Below, piece by piece: positions 52,326 through 61,277 of a stretch of 64,000 bases of DNA. Each line of letters opens with the position of its first letter. Positions within the stretch are counted from its first letter, which is position 1. The position numbers and the translations under genes are program-made. The DNA is from Chloroflexota bacterium (lineage in GTDB: Bacteria; Chloroflexota; Anaerolineae; JAAYEA01), in contig JAIOAV010000005.1 of assembly GCA_019873665.1 (NCBI GenBank), positions 1 through 64,000 on the forward strand. The letters are read 5' to 3'. The notes below the pieces were generated by a model, which worked only from the letters and a program-made list of their open reading frames with translations, had not been told where the DNA came from and did no database searches.

Positions 52326-53516
52326 CTAGCCCAATCGCCTCTCTGGCTTGAGCTGGTTCGGGTCTCCCCAGAAAGTGTGATTCACCCAGCGCGGGATGTC
52401 CACCCCGCTCAGCCGCCAGGCGCTCTCCACAATCACAAACATATCACCAGACACCAAAGAATGCCCGCCCATCACAACCGGGATTGGGCTTTCCATGGCG
52501 GCCTCGGTAAAGGTGCGCACAAACTCGTTCTCGATCCTGTCCGGCCGCAACAAGTCCGAGTTGAACCGATCAGCAGGAGAGGGCCAAACGCCAAAGTGTA
52601 CCCAGAGGACACGGTCGTCAAAGAAAACCGCCTGAGCCATCTCCCCCAGCGTGCTAAAGAAACGGCGCGGTCCCACCTTCTCATAGTAGTAGCCCAGCAA
52701 CGAGCGCACCTCGCCGCGATCCTGTCGCCCGCTGGCCCGCATGCCGCGCTCCTCCGAGAAGACGCGCACCCGGCAGGCCGCTTCCTGTTCCATATACGCC
52801 AGCGTGGCCGAGGAGATTCGCCCTGCCAGCACGATCTCTGACGAGCGGTTGACAAAGAACTTCATGGAGCGTTGCAAGTGCGACGTGTCAAGTTTGAGGC
52901 TATTCAGATACGTCTGCAGGTTCTCGCCCAGCTCCGGCTGGAAGGTCAGCACCATCAGATCAACCGGCGTGTCAATGTCGAGCTGGCTGGCGGCCGAGCG
53001 GGGCAGCGAGACGTTGGGCAGCCCGTTCTTCTGTCCCATCCGCCAGCCGAGATCGTTGTCATAGGGCGGTGGATGGATCTCGTTGATGTGCGAGGCGGGC
53101 GTGAACGCGCAGAAATCGGTGGAGTAAAAGTTGTTGGTGATCAGCAGCGAATCTGCCTTGAGCGTCTCTTGCGCGATCTCGCGGAGCTGTTCCACCGTCA
53201 GTAGGATGCCGCTGCCCCCTCCCATGTAGATCACCTTGGGCAGCCGATATTGATTGATGATCTCGCGCAAACGAAAGCCAAAGTGAAACTTGGCGTCGGC
53301 CGGGTCCTTTTCGATCACGACCGGCCAATCGCGCAATCGCGCGATCAGATCGGTGGAATTGGTCGAGATAATGATGGGGCCAACATTCCCGGCTGCCAGC
53401 GCCTTGGCTACCATGTCAAGGGTGGACGCAACCAATGCGCCCGCCATCATCTCCTCGACCTCGCTCGCTGCGGTCACGCCGGTCATGATGATCATCGGAA
53501 CCTGATCTTGCGCCAT
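52326..53516 (-). CDS. Hypothetical two-domain protein (uncharacterised; N-terminal alpha/beta nucleotide-binding-like fold)
   Basis: 396-aa ORF sitting 28 nt upstream of the fusion gene in the same operon; no confident family match (weak resemblance to MobA/CofC-like and DUF2088-like folds). Confidence 0.4.
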   Translation of the reverse strand: MAQDQVPMIIMTGVTAASEVEEMMAGALVASTLDMVAKALAAGNVGPIIISTNSTDLIARLRDWPVVIEKDPADAKFHFGFRLREIINQYRLPKVIYMGGGSGILLTVEQLREIAQETLKADSLLITNNFYSTDFCAFTPASHINEIHPPPYDNDLGWRMGQKNGLPNVSLPRSAASQLDIDTPVDLMVLTFQPELGENLQTYLNSLKLDTSHLQRSMKFFVNRSSEIVLAGRISSATLAYMEQEAACRVRVFSEERGMRASGRQDRGEVRSLLGYYYEKVGPRRFFSTLGEMAQAVFFDDRVLWVHFGVWPSPADRFNSDLLRPDRIENEFVRTFTEAAMESPIPVVMGGHSLVSGDMFVIVESAWRLSGVDIPRWVNHTFWGDPNQLKPERRLG

Positions 53517-53555
53517 TTTCCCTCGCTGTTCTGGGATCTCCCGGTGTTTGGGCTC

Positions 53556-55748
53556 TCAACTTGTCGCTTGCGCACTCAACCCCACCAACTCGCTGACCAA
53601 CTGCACCAGCTCACGCGCTTTCTCTGGAGTGTCCGATTCCGCGAATATCCGCAGCAAGGGCTCCGTGCCGGAAAAGCGCAGAATCACCCAATTATCGTTC
53701 TCCAACAGGAACTTGGTCCCGTCCAGATGTGAGACATTAACCATGCGATAGGGACCCAGCGCTGGGACGCTCATCTGGCGCAGCCGTTGCGGGATAATCA
53801 CCTTCATCTCAGAAGTGGCTGGCAGGTTCTCCTCAACAGTGTATAACCGCCCGGTCAGCGCATGGACCTCTTGCAGCAGTTGCGAGATGCTCTTGCCGGT
53901 GCGCGCCAGCATCTCCACCACCAGCACGGCGGCCAGGATGCCGTCCTTGCCCATGATATGCCCGCGGATCGTCAGGCCGCCGCTGCTTTCCCCGCCCAAT
54001 AGCGCATCGGTGCGCTTCATCGCCGCGGCGATATGTTTGAACCCCACCGGCACCTCGACGCACGTTTCGCCCAGGCGGCGCGCCAGCCGATCCAGCATGT
54101 GGGTCGTAGCGAGATTACGCACGACGCCACCCTTATAGCCGCGGATCTCGTGCAAGTAGTAGTAAAGGAGCAACAGGATATCATTGATATGAATATAATC
54201 GCCGCGCTCGTCCACAATCGCAATACGATCCGCATCACCATCCATCGCCAGGCCGAGGTCATAATGCCCATCGCGTATTTCCGCGATCAGCATGTTGAGA
54301 GCTTTCAAGTCGGGCGCTGGCGAGCGACCGCCAAAGAGCGGATCGTGGCGACCGTGAATGATCACCACGCGGCAGCGCGCCTCGATCAGGATGATCTCCA
54401 GCGTCACCTGCCCCACGCCATACATTGGATCAACGATCACGCGCAATCCAGCGCGTCGGATCACATCCAGGTCCACAAACGATTCCACCGCATCCACATA
54501 CTCATTCGTAAAGTCAGCGCGGCGCACGATGCCGGCGCTTTCCGCCAGATCCAGCTCGATCTTGACAACATCCTGCATTCCGAGCTGGTTTGCCTCGTCC
54601 TCCACCTCGCGCGTCTCCTCATCCATCAGAAGGGAGCCATCCGTCAGAAACACCTTGAGCCCGTTGTATTCGGGCGGGTTGTGGCTGGCGGTGAAGGCTA
54701 ATCCCAGCACAGCATTCTGGATGCTGGCGGCATAGGTGATGAGCGGCGTCGGCGCGTCCTCGCTCAACAATACCACCGGGATGTTGTTGCCGGCGAACAC
54801 CTCCGCGGCGGCCTCCGCCGAGCGATCAGAAAGAAACCGTCGGTCATAGCCGATCACCACGCCACGCGCCTCGGTGCCCTCGCGGATGAGCTTGTTCGCC
54901 AGCGCCTGACAGAGGCGGCGCACATTGTGAAGTGTGAATCCCTCACCGATCACGGCGCGCCATCCGCCTGTGCCAAACTGGATGATATGCTCCTCTTCCA
55001 CGCGCTTGGGCCGGTAGAAGCGTTTCTGCAGGATGAACTCAGCCTCCTGCAGGTCTTGCGGCGTGTTGATGCCCAGTATCTCATCCTGATCATAGCTTTG
55101 ATAGCTCTCGACGCGATGGCCGGCGCGGATGAGGCGGTGAACCAGGTCGGTGAGCAGGTATCGCTTGGCCCCGCTCTGTGCCAACAATGCGAGCGCCGCA
55201 AAGAGCGGTTGCGCCTTGAACACATACGCGCCCAGGTTCAGCTCGCGGATCTTTTGCACCTCAGCGGAGGCATCCGCCTGCTCGATGATATCCACTACAT
55301 TCCCGCGACTATCGCGGATGATGCGCCCATAAGGAAGAGGCTGGTCGGAGATGGCGGTAAAGAGGGTCAGATCGGCACCCTTCAGGCGATGCCGATTGAG
55401 CAACCCGCGCAGCGAAGCAGGGCGAAAGAGGGGCGTGTCGCCATAGAGGATGAGCAGATCGCCGCCATAGTCTCCCAGCTGGTCGCGAGCCTGCCACACC
55501 GCATGGCCGGTGCCCAGCGGCTCATCCTGAATCACATAATGATAGGCCGCGCCGAGGTGCGCCTGTAACTTTTCGCGCTCGTATCCCGCGACGATGTAAA
55601 GATCGTCTGGGGCCACAAACCGGAGGGCGTTTTCCACCACATAGTCTATGATCGCCCTGTCGCCAAGCCGCTGCAGCAACCGGGGATAGGGCGCGCCCGC
55701 GCCCTCGCCGGGGCTGGCGGCGAGAATGATCGCTTTGAGCTGATCCAC
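53556..55748 (-). CDS. Bifunctional sugar-1-phosphate nucleotidyltransferase (GlmU-N-terminal-like) / phosphohexomutase (PGM/PMM family) fusion
   Basis: N-terminal ~245 aa NTP-transferase (ILAASPGEGAGAP…, LILYGDTPL). C-terminal ~470 aa alpha-D-phosphohexomutase with the phosphoserine loop TASHNPPEYNGLKV and metal-binding DGDADR. GTG start. Confidence 0.75.
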   Translation of the reverse strand: MDQLKAIILAASPGEGAGAPYPRLLQRLGDRAIIDYVVENALRFVAPDDLYIVAGYEREKLQAHLGAAYHYVIQDEPLGTGHAVWQARDQLGDYGGDLLILYGDTPLFRPASLRGLLNRHRLKGADLTLFTAISDQPLPYGRIIRDSRGNVVDIIEQADASAEVQKIRELNLGAYVFKAQPLFAALALLAQSGAKRYLLTDLVHRLIRAGHRVESYQSYDQDEILGINTPQDLQEAEFILQKRFYRPKRVEEEHIIQFGTGGWRAVIGEGFTLHNVRRLCQALANKLIREGTEARGVVIGYDRRFLSDRSAEAAAEVFAGNNIPVVLLSEDAPTPLITYAASIQNAVLGLAFTASHNPPEYNGLKVFLTDGSLLMDEETREVEDEANQLGMQDVVKIELDLAESAGIVRRADFTNEYVDAVESFVDLDVIRRAGLRVIVDPMYGVGQVTLEIILIEARCRVVIIHGRHDPLFGGRSPAPDLKALNMLIAEIRDGHYDLGLAMDGDADRIAIVDERGDYIHINDILLLLYYYLHEIRGYKGGVVRNLATTHMLDRLARRLGETCVEVPVGFKHIAAAMKRTDALLGGESSGGLTIRGHIMGKDGILAAVLVVEMLARTGKSISQLLQEVHALTGRLYTVEENLPATSEMKVIIPQRLRQMSVPALGPYRMVNVSHLDGTKFLLENDNWVILRFSGTEPLLRIFAESDTPEKARELVQLVSELVGLSAQATS

Positions 55749-55790
55749 AGGCCGACTCCCCTCTATGAGCTATCATGCTCGCAAATAGCA

Positions 55791-55991
55791 CTATCCGCCG
55801 CCGATCATGTGCAAGACCTTGACCGTGTCTCCCTCGTAGATGGGAGACTGATCATAGGCGGCGGGCTCTACCACCATGCCGTTCACGATAACGATCAGGC
55901 AAGGCGACGTAAAGCGGCAAGCTTCAAGCAAGGTTGTAACCGTCATTCCCTCTTGCCACTCGACCTCGAACTTGTCGTTAACGCGGATCAT
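55791..55991 (-). CDS. ThiS/MoaD-family sulfur-carrier-like protein (C-terminal Gly-Gly)
   Basis: 66 aa, beta-grasp-like pattern (MIRVNDKFEVEWQEGMTVTTLLEA…IVIVNGMVV…GDTVKVLHMIGGG). Confidence 0.7.
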   Translation of the reverse strand: MIRVNDKFEVEWQEGMTVTTLLEACRFTSPCLIVIVNGMVVEPAAYDQSPIYEGDTVKVLHMIGGG

Positions 55992-58150
55992 CGGAGATGT
56001 TTCTTCACCACATCCAGCACGTCGGGAAAGTCAATACCCAACTCTGCCAGCTTTTGCGGCGTGGGCACACCATCGTGCGTCCAGCCGCGCCGCGCATATA
56101 CCGCGTCCTTGAGCAGCTCGTATTGCTGTTCACGGTGCGCCCGCAACAGCGCCATCTTTTCCGCCGTGGTCTTGCCCGCGATATCATGGCCCAGGTCGCG
56201 CAGCTGTTTGTCGTAACGCTCCTGCCGCGACTCGTACTCCTCGGCAGTTACTGGCCCCATCGAACGGTATGGGATCTCATCATCCTGGCGCAAGCCGTGT
56301 CCCAGCCGCAGGTTAAAGACACGCTGAAAGTTATAGACCTTCTCGGACATGAGGATGAGGTCATCGCCGCTGCGTACATCATCGCGCCCCGTAACGCCGA
56401 CAAAGTAATCCACATAGTTGCGGACGTGTTCCGGCACCTTGGCCGGCTCGTCGGTCTGGCGGTTGTCCGCTGGCTCGATGTCGTTCCAGATGATCTTGCA
56501 GAGGCCATTCAGCCCGAACCAGGTGCGCCACATGGGAAAGTAATGCAGCGCCTCTGCCTTGTCGGCAAAGGTCGGGATCTGGTTGTTCACCATATCCATA
56601 AAGATCAGCCACGCCTCGTCGTGCTGCGGCCCCTTGAGCGTGAGGCCATAGCCGCCCTGCATGGCCAACGACTCTTTCGTTACATACTCGGAAAACTCCA
56701 GCCCCTTAGACTCCATGCCGATGTCGTGCATGAAAGCCGGATCGCCGCCGTACTTGTCCGCAAAGAGGCGCTTCATGCGGCGCACGCCCTGGCCCACAAC
56801 GGGGCCAAAGCCCTCGCCGCGCCCCATCTGATGCAGCAGCTCCAGCACCGCCTCGGCGTTTCCCCAGCGCAGCTCCAGGCCACCGGTGATCTCCTTGTTC
56901 AGGATGCCCGCCTCGTAGCACTCCATGGCAAAGGCGGTAGCCGTGCCGAACGAGATGGTGTCAATGCCATAGGTGTCGCAGTAATAGTTGATCTCGATCA
57001 CCGCTTCCGGGTCGAATATCCCCAGGTTGGAGCCGCATCCGGCAATCGTCTCGTATTCAGGCCCATCTACGCCCACAACCCTGCCCTTGTAGGGGCCGCT
57101 CTTGAGCGTGAATCCGTCCACACGTTTGGAGCAGGCCATGGTGCAGCCATACCAGCAGCCATCAGGAATGCCCTGTGTGAACAGCTCGCAAAAGACCTTG
57201 GCCGAGAGGCGACCGGCCTCCGGGTGCTCCCCATACTTGAAGTTATGTGTAGGGAGCAGGTCATAATCGTTCATGATCTGGATAAGGTGCGATGTGCCCA
57301 CCGCGCGCATGTGGCGCTGCAAATGATCCAGGTCATGCATCTCGCGATGCATCTTGAGCCCGACGCGGCGCACGCGGTTGAGGTCAGCAGGTTGATTCGA
57401 GTCGCTGCGCACGTCGCGCCGCTTGACGACGATGGCCTTGATCCGTTTGTCGCGCAGCACAGTGCCGGTGCCGCCGCGTCCCGCCTGCTTGAAACGGAGA
57501 GCGCGGCGACGGTTGTCGTACCAGCTAAAGTTGAGACAGCCCATGCGCGTATGCTCTGCGCCGCTGCCGGCGGCCACCACCGAGATCGCCTCTCTGTCAT
57601 CCTCGGTCCGGGCATACTTGTCCATCATCTGCTGACCGATGACGTGCGCGTCCGCCACGCCCTCGGGCGCCCCTTCGATGCGCACAATGCCCGTGTCACC
57701 ATCTATGTAGATGACGACATCGCGCGAAGCCTTGCCCTGGATCTCCAGCGCGTCCCAACCGGCGAACTTGAGCAGGGGACCAAAGTGGCCACCCACGTTG
57801 CTGTCAATCACCGAGTCGGTGAGTGGAGAGATGCTGACCACGATGGACTTGCCCGAGCCAGGGAAGGTGGTGGTGCCGCCCAGCGGACCAGCGGAGATAA
57901 CGATCTCGTTCTCGGGATCGTCCCAACGGGTGTCATCGTGAATCCCATGCCACAAAAGCCAGAGGCCAAAGCCACGCCCCCCGATAAAGAGATCCTTCAT
58001 CAACTTGGTCACCGGCTTGGCAGCGATAGTGTTATCCGACACATTGACATACAGCGTCTGGCCAGCATAGCCCCGCCATACCTCAGGGCGCTCATAGAGA
58101 AACTCGGCCAGGGGTTCGCTCGTTTCCGTCAGCCAGTCGTTTGCGCTCAT
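55988..58150 (-). CDS. aor: Aldehyde:ferredoxin oxidoreductase (tungsten/molybdopterin AOR family) catalytic subunit
   Basis: 720-aa AOR-family protein (…DLFIGGRGFGLWLL…, Cys ligands for the [4Fe-4S] …CWYGCTMAC…, pterin-binding regions); start at MSANDW with ATGA overlap with the upstream ferredoxin gene. Confidence 0.85.
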   Translation of the reverse strand: MSANDWLTETSEPLAEFLYERPEVWRGYAGQTLYVNVSDNTIAAKPVTKLMKDLFIGGRGFGLWLLWHGIHDDTRWDDPENEIVISAGPLGGTTTFPGSGKSIVVSISPLTDSVIDSNVGGHFGPLLKFAGWDALEIQGKASRDVVIYIDGDTGIVRIEGAPEGVADAHVIGQQMMDKYARTEDDREAISVVAAGSGAEHTRMGCLNFSWYDNRRRALRFKQAGRGGTGTVLRDKRIKAIVVKRRDVRSDSNQPADLNRVRRVGLKMHREMHDLDHLQRHMRAVGTSHLIQIMNDYDLLPTHNFKYGEHPEAGRLSAKVFCELFTQGIPDGCWYGCTMACSKRVDGFTLKSGPYKGRVVGVDGPEYETIAGCGSNLGIFDPEAVIEINYYCDTYGIDTISFGTATAFAMECYEAGILNKEITGGLELRWGNAEAVLELLHQMGRGEGFGPVVGQGVRRMKRLFADKYGGDPAFMHDIGMESKGLEFSEYVTKESLAMQGGYGLTLKGPQHDEAWLIFMDMVNNQIPTFADKAEALHYFPMWRTWFGLNGLCKIIWNDIEPADNRQTDEPAKVPEHVRNYVDYFVGVTGRDDVRSGDDLILMSEKVYNFQRVFNLRLGHGLRQDDEIPYRSMGPVTAEEYESRQERYDKQLRDLGHDIAGKTTAEKMALLRAHREQQYELLKDAVYARRGWTHDGVPTPQKLAELGIDFPDVLDVVKKHLR

Positions 58151-58608
58151 GACATCACCCTCTCCGCCCACATTTCGGTCTGTGATCTCCCCGGCTCTGG
58201 CTGCTCCTCGATGCGCAATGCCCCTGAGGGGCATACTTTGACGCACTTGCCACACGCGACACACTTGAACGGCGCCAGTTCGTCTGGATGATGGCGCATG
58301 GCGCCAATGGGGCAGAAGGCGACACATGCCAGACAGCCCATACATAGCCTGTCCTCGCCCGAGCGCCCTGGGTCGATGCGCACTACGCCGACAGCATTCC
58401 GCGCGATAGCCACGGTCTGGCAGATGTCAATGCATTCGCCGCATTGCGAGCAGACCACGATCCGATAGGTATCTGTACCCGGTGCCGGGTCATAGACGCG
58501 GATGGCCGCTTTCTCCCGATCGCGCACGTGGAACCAGGTCTCGGCACATGTTTCCTCACACAGGTGGCATCCCGTGCAAAGCTCCGCCTGGACAGAAAGG
58601 ACCTTCAT
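58147..58608 (-). CDS. Poly-ferredoxin ([4Fe-4S] x3-4) electron-transfer subunit associated with AOR (AorA-like)
   Basis: Multiple CxxCxxCxxxCP motifs (CTGCHLCEETC, CSQCGECIDIC, CMGCLACVAFCP, CVACGKCVKVCP). Confidence 0.8.
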   Translation of the reverse strand: MKVLSVQAELCTGCHLCEETCAETWFHVRDREKAAIRVYDPAPGTDTYRIVVCSQCGECIDICQTVAIARNAVGVVRIDPGRSGEDRLCMGCLACVAFCPIGAMRHHPDELAPFKCVACGKCVKVCPSGALRIEEQPEPGRSQTEMWAERVMS

Positions 58609-58661
58609 AGCTTCACCTCTCCTGTGGTATGACGGCCCAGCTTGACCAGCTACGGTATCGT

Positions 58662-58690
58662 ATTATAGACCAGAGTAGCACGTATGGCAA
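58662..58690 (-). promoter_or_regulatory. Sigma70-like promoter (TTGCCA-17-TATAAT, minus strand) for the ferredoxin-AOR-…-SHMT/GcvT operon
   Basis: Reverse complement reads ttgcca tacgtgctactctggtc tataat, ~55 nt upstream of the ferredoxin ATG, with RBS ggagaggtg. Confidence 0.5.
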
Positions 58691-58729
58691 ACTTTCCTGG
58701 GACGCAGCCGGCAATGACATGCGAGATGT

Positions 58730-58757
58730 TTGACATTCACCTGGCGCAAGGTATAAT
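58730..58757 (+). promoter_or_regulatory. Sigma70-like promoter (TTGACA-16-TATAAT) for proB-proA, divergent from the AOR operon promoter
   Basis: ttgaca ttcacctggcgcaagg tataat ~50 nt upstream of the proB ATG. Confidence 0.5.
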
Positions 58758-58806
58758 CTCTCTGCTATCGAGCGACCAAACCGAGTGAGGGAACAGACAT
58801 TCGCAT

Positions 58807-59898
58807 ATGCGCATCGTGGTCAAAGTGGGAACCCGCACCTTGACGCAAGGTGGCAGCCGGCTGAGTCGTCCCTATATGCTGGAGCTTGTGCGCCAGATGG
58901 CGCAACTGCACGCCGACAGGCACGAGATTATCCTGGTCTCGTCGGGGGCAGTCTTTGCGGGGCGAGAAGCGCTGGGCACATTGCCAAACCGGCGCGACAT
59001 CCCCTTCAAGCAGACGCTGGCGGCCATCGGGCAGGTGCGGTTGATGGCGATCTATGAGCAGCTATTTCAGCTTTATGATGTAATCATCGCACAGGCACTG
59101 TTGACCCGTGCGGACCTGGCGAACCGCGAGCGGTATCTGAACGCCCGCAACACGATGCAGTCGCTGCTGGATCTGCGCGTCATCCCGATCATCAACGAGA
59201 ACGATGTGGTGGGCGTGGAGGAGATCCGCATCGGCGACAATGACAATCTCTCAGCGTTGGTGGCCAACCTGGTGGACGCCGATCTGCTCATCATCCTCAC
59301 GGACCAACCCGGGCTCTTCACCGCTGACCCGCGCCTCGACCCGCAGGCAGAGCTCATCCCGGAGGTGCGCGTGATTGATGAGCGCATCCGGCGGCTGGCG
59401 GGTGGAAGCGGTTCCGGCATCGGCACTGGCGGCATGGCGACCAAGATCGAGGCGGCAGACCTGGCGACTCATTCGGGCACGGAGGTAGTTATCGCCGCAG
59501 GTAACACGTCTAACGTGCTGTTGCGGTTGGTGGCCGGCGAGGCGTTGGGCACGCGGTTTTTGGCCGCGACCAGCCATGTGGAGGGGCGCAAGCGCTGGAT
59601 CTTGGCGGAAGCGCCGCGCGGCGAGATCGTCGTTGATGCCGGTGCCGCCGACGCCATCACGCGCCAGGGAAAAAGCCTCCTGCCGGTGGGTATCGCGGAG
59701 GTGCGCGGCGCGTTCCAGCGCGGCCAGACCGTCCGGCTGCTCGCGCCAGATGGCCGCGAGATCGCGCGCGGCATTACGCACTACGACGCCGAGGATGTGA
59801 TCGCCATCCGACGACACCGTTCAGATGAGATCAGCGACATCCTGGGATACGAGTACGGCCCGGCGGTCGTGCATCGAGATGATCTGGCGCTGGTCTAG
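58807..59898 (+). CDS. proB: Glutamate 5-kinase (with C-terminal PUA domain)
   Basis: MRIVVKVGTRTLT… amino-acid kinase fold, PUA domain at the C-terminus. Confidence 0.9.
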   Translation: MRIVVKVGTRTLTQGGSRLSRPYMLELVRQMAQLHADRHEIILVSSGAVFAGREALGTLPNRRDIPFKQTLAAIGQVRLMAIYEQLFQLYDVIIAQALLTRADLANRERYLNARNTMQSLLDLRVIPIINENDVVGVEEIRIGDNDNLSALVANLVDADLLIILTDQPGLFTADPRLDPQAELIPEVRVIDERIRRLAGGSGSGIGTGGMATKIEAADLATHSGTEVVIAAGNTSNVLLRLVAGEALGTRFLAATSHVEGRKRWILAEAPRGEIVVDAGAADAITRQGKSLLPVGIAEVRGAFQRGQTVRLLAPDGREIARGITHYDAEDVIAIRRHRSDEISDILGYEYGPAVVHRDDLALV

Positions 59899-59931
59899 GC
59901 GCTTTGGTTTGCAGACGAGAGGAGTGAGAGC

Positions 59932-61191
59932 ATGTTCGCCGAGTTGGAGCAATTGGGGAAGCAAGCGCAACGTGCCGCGCGGCGGCTGCGCACGCTGGAT
60001 ACCGAGACAAAGAATCGCGCTCTTGAGGGGATCGCCCAAGTGCTGCGGGAGCGCCAAGCCGATATCCTGGCCGCCAACGCTGAGGATCTGACAGCAGGTC
60101 GCGCCACTGGCCTGAGCGAGGCGATGCTGGAACGCCTCCTGCTCAACGAGGCGCGCTTGCAGAGCATGGCCGCGGACATCCGTCACATCATCGCGCTGCC
60201 GGATCCGGTTGGCGAGACCTTTGATGGGCAGACGCTGCCGAATGGCCTGCAGATCACCAAGCGGCGCGTCCCTATCGGCGTCATCGGCGTGATCTACGAG
60301 TCGCGGCCCAATGTAACGGTGGACATCGCATCACTCTGCATCAAATCCGGGAACGCGGCTATCCTACGCGGCGGCAAAGAGGCGGCATGCTCGAACGCGG
60401 CGTTGGCCGAGGCGGTGGCTGCCGGGTGCGAACGAGGCGGTGTCCCCCGTGAGGCGATCCAACTCATCCGCTCGCAGGAGCGAGAGCTGGTGAAGGACAT
60501 GTTGACCGCCGACCAGTATATCAACATGATCATCCCCCGTGGCGGCGCCGGGCTGCACGATTTCGCGCGGCGGAACGCCACCATCCCCGTGATCACCGGC
60601 GGCATTGGCATCTGCCACATATTCATTGACGAATCAGCCGACATCGCCAAGGCGATCCCCATCGTGTTCAACGCCAAGGTGCAGCGCCCGACCGTCTGCA
60701 ATGCCCTAGACGTGCTGCTGGTGCATGCCAGCATCGCACCGCGTATCCTGCCCGCCATCGCCGCCGATCTGGCACGCGCCCAGGTGGAGCTGCGTTGCGA
60801 TCCACGCGCTCATGCCATCCTGCGCGATCACCCGCTTGCCAAGCCCGCCGGGCCGGAGGACTTTGACACCGAATTTCTGTCACTGGTGCTGGCCGTCAAG
60901 GTGGTGGACTCGCTGGATGAGGCGCTAGATCACATCGAGCAACACAGCACGCATCATTCAGACGCCATCCTCACCGAGAATTACAGCCATGCCATGCGCT
61001 TTACCGATGAGGTGGATTCGGCAGCGGTGTATGTCAACGCCAGCACGCGCTTTACCGACGGCAGCCAGTTCGGCCTGGGGGCGGAGGTGGCCATCAGCAC
61101 GCAGCGGCTGCACGCCCGCGGGCCGATGGCGCTGCGCGAGCTCACCACTTACAAGTGGGTCGTGCTGGGCGATGGGCAGGTGCGGCCGTAG
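59932..61191 (+). CDS. proA: Gamma-glutamyl phosphate reductase
   Basis: ALDH-fold with catalytic Cys region (TGGIGICHIFIDESAD… / CNALDVLLV) and ProA-like termini. Confidence 0.9.
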   Translation: MFAELEQLGKQAQRAARRLRTLDTETKNRALEGIAQVLRERQADILAANAEDLTAGRATGLSEAMLERLLLNEARLQSMAADIRHIIALPDPVGETFDGQTLPNGLQITKRRVPIGVIGVIYESRPNVTVDIASLCIKSGNAAILRGGKEAACSNAALAEAVAAGCERGGVPREAIQLIRSQERELVKDMLTADQYINMIIPRGGAGLHDFARRNATIPVITGGIGICHIFIDESADIAKAIPIVFNAKVQRPTVCNALDVLLVHASIAPRILPAIAADLARAQVELRCDPRAHAILRDHPLAKPAGPEDFDTEFLSLVLAVKVVDSLDEALDHIEQHSTHHSDAILTENYSHAMRFTDEVDSAAVYVNASTRFTDGSQFGLGAEVAISTQRLHARGPMALRELTTYKWVVLGDGQVRP

Positions 61192-61277
61192 GGCGCGAGT
61201 TGCGCCGGCGGGCAGGCATCGGGCTGTTGGCTCACCTCACAGCGCGAGGCGACGCGAAACCAGGGCGCGGAGGTCTC

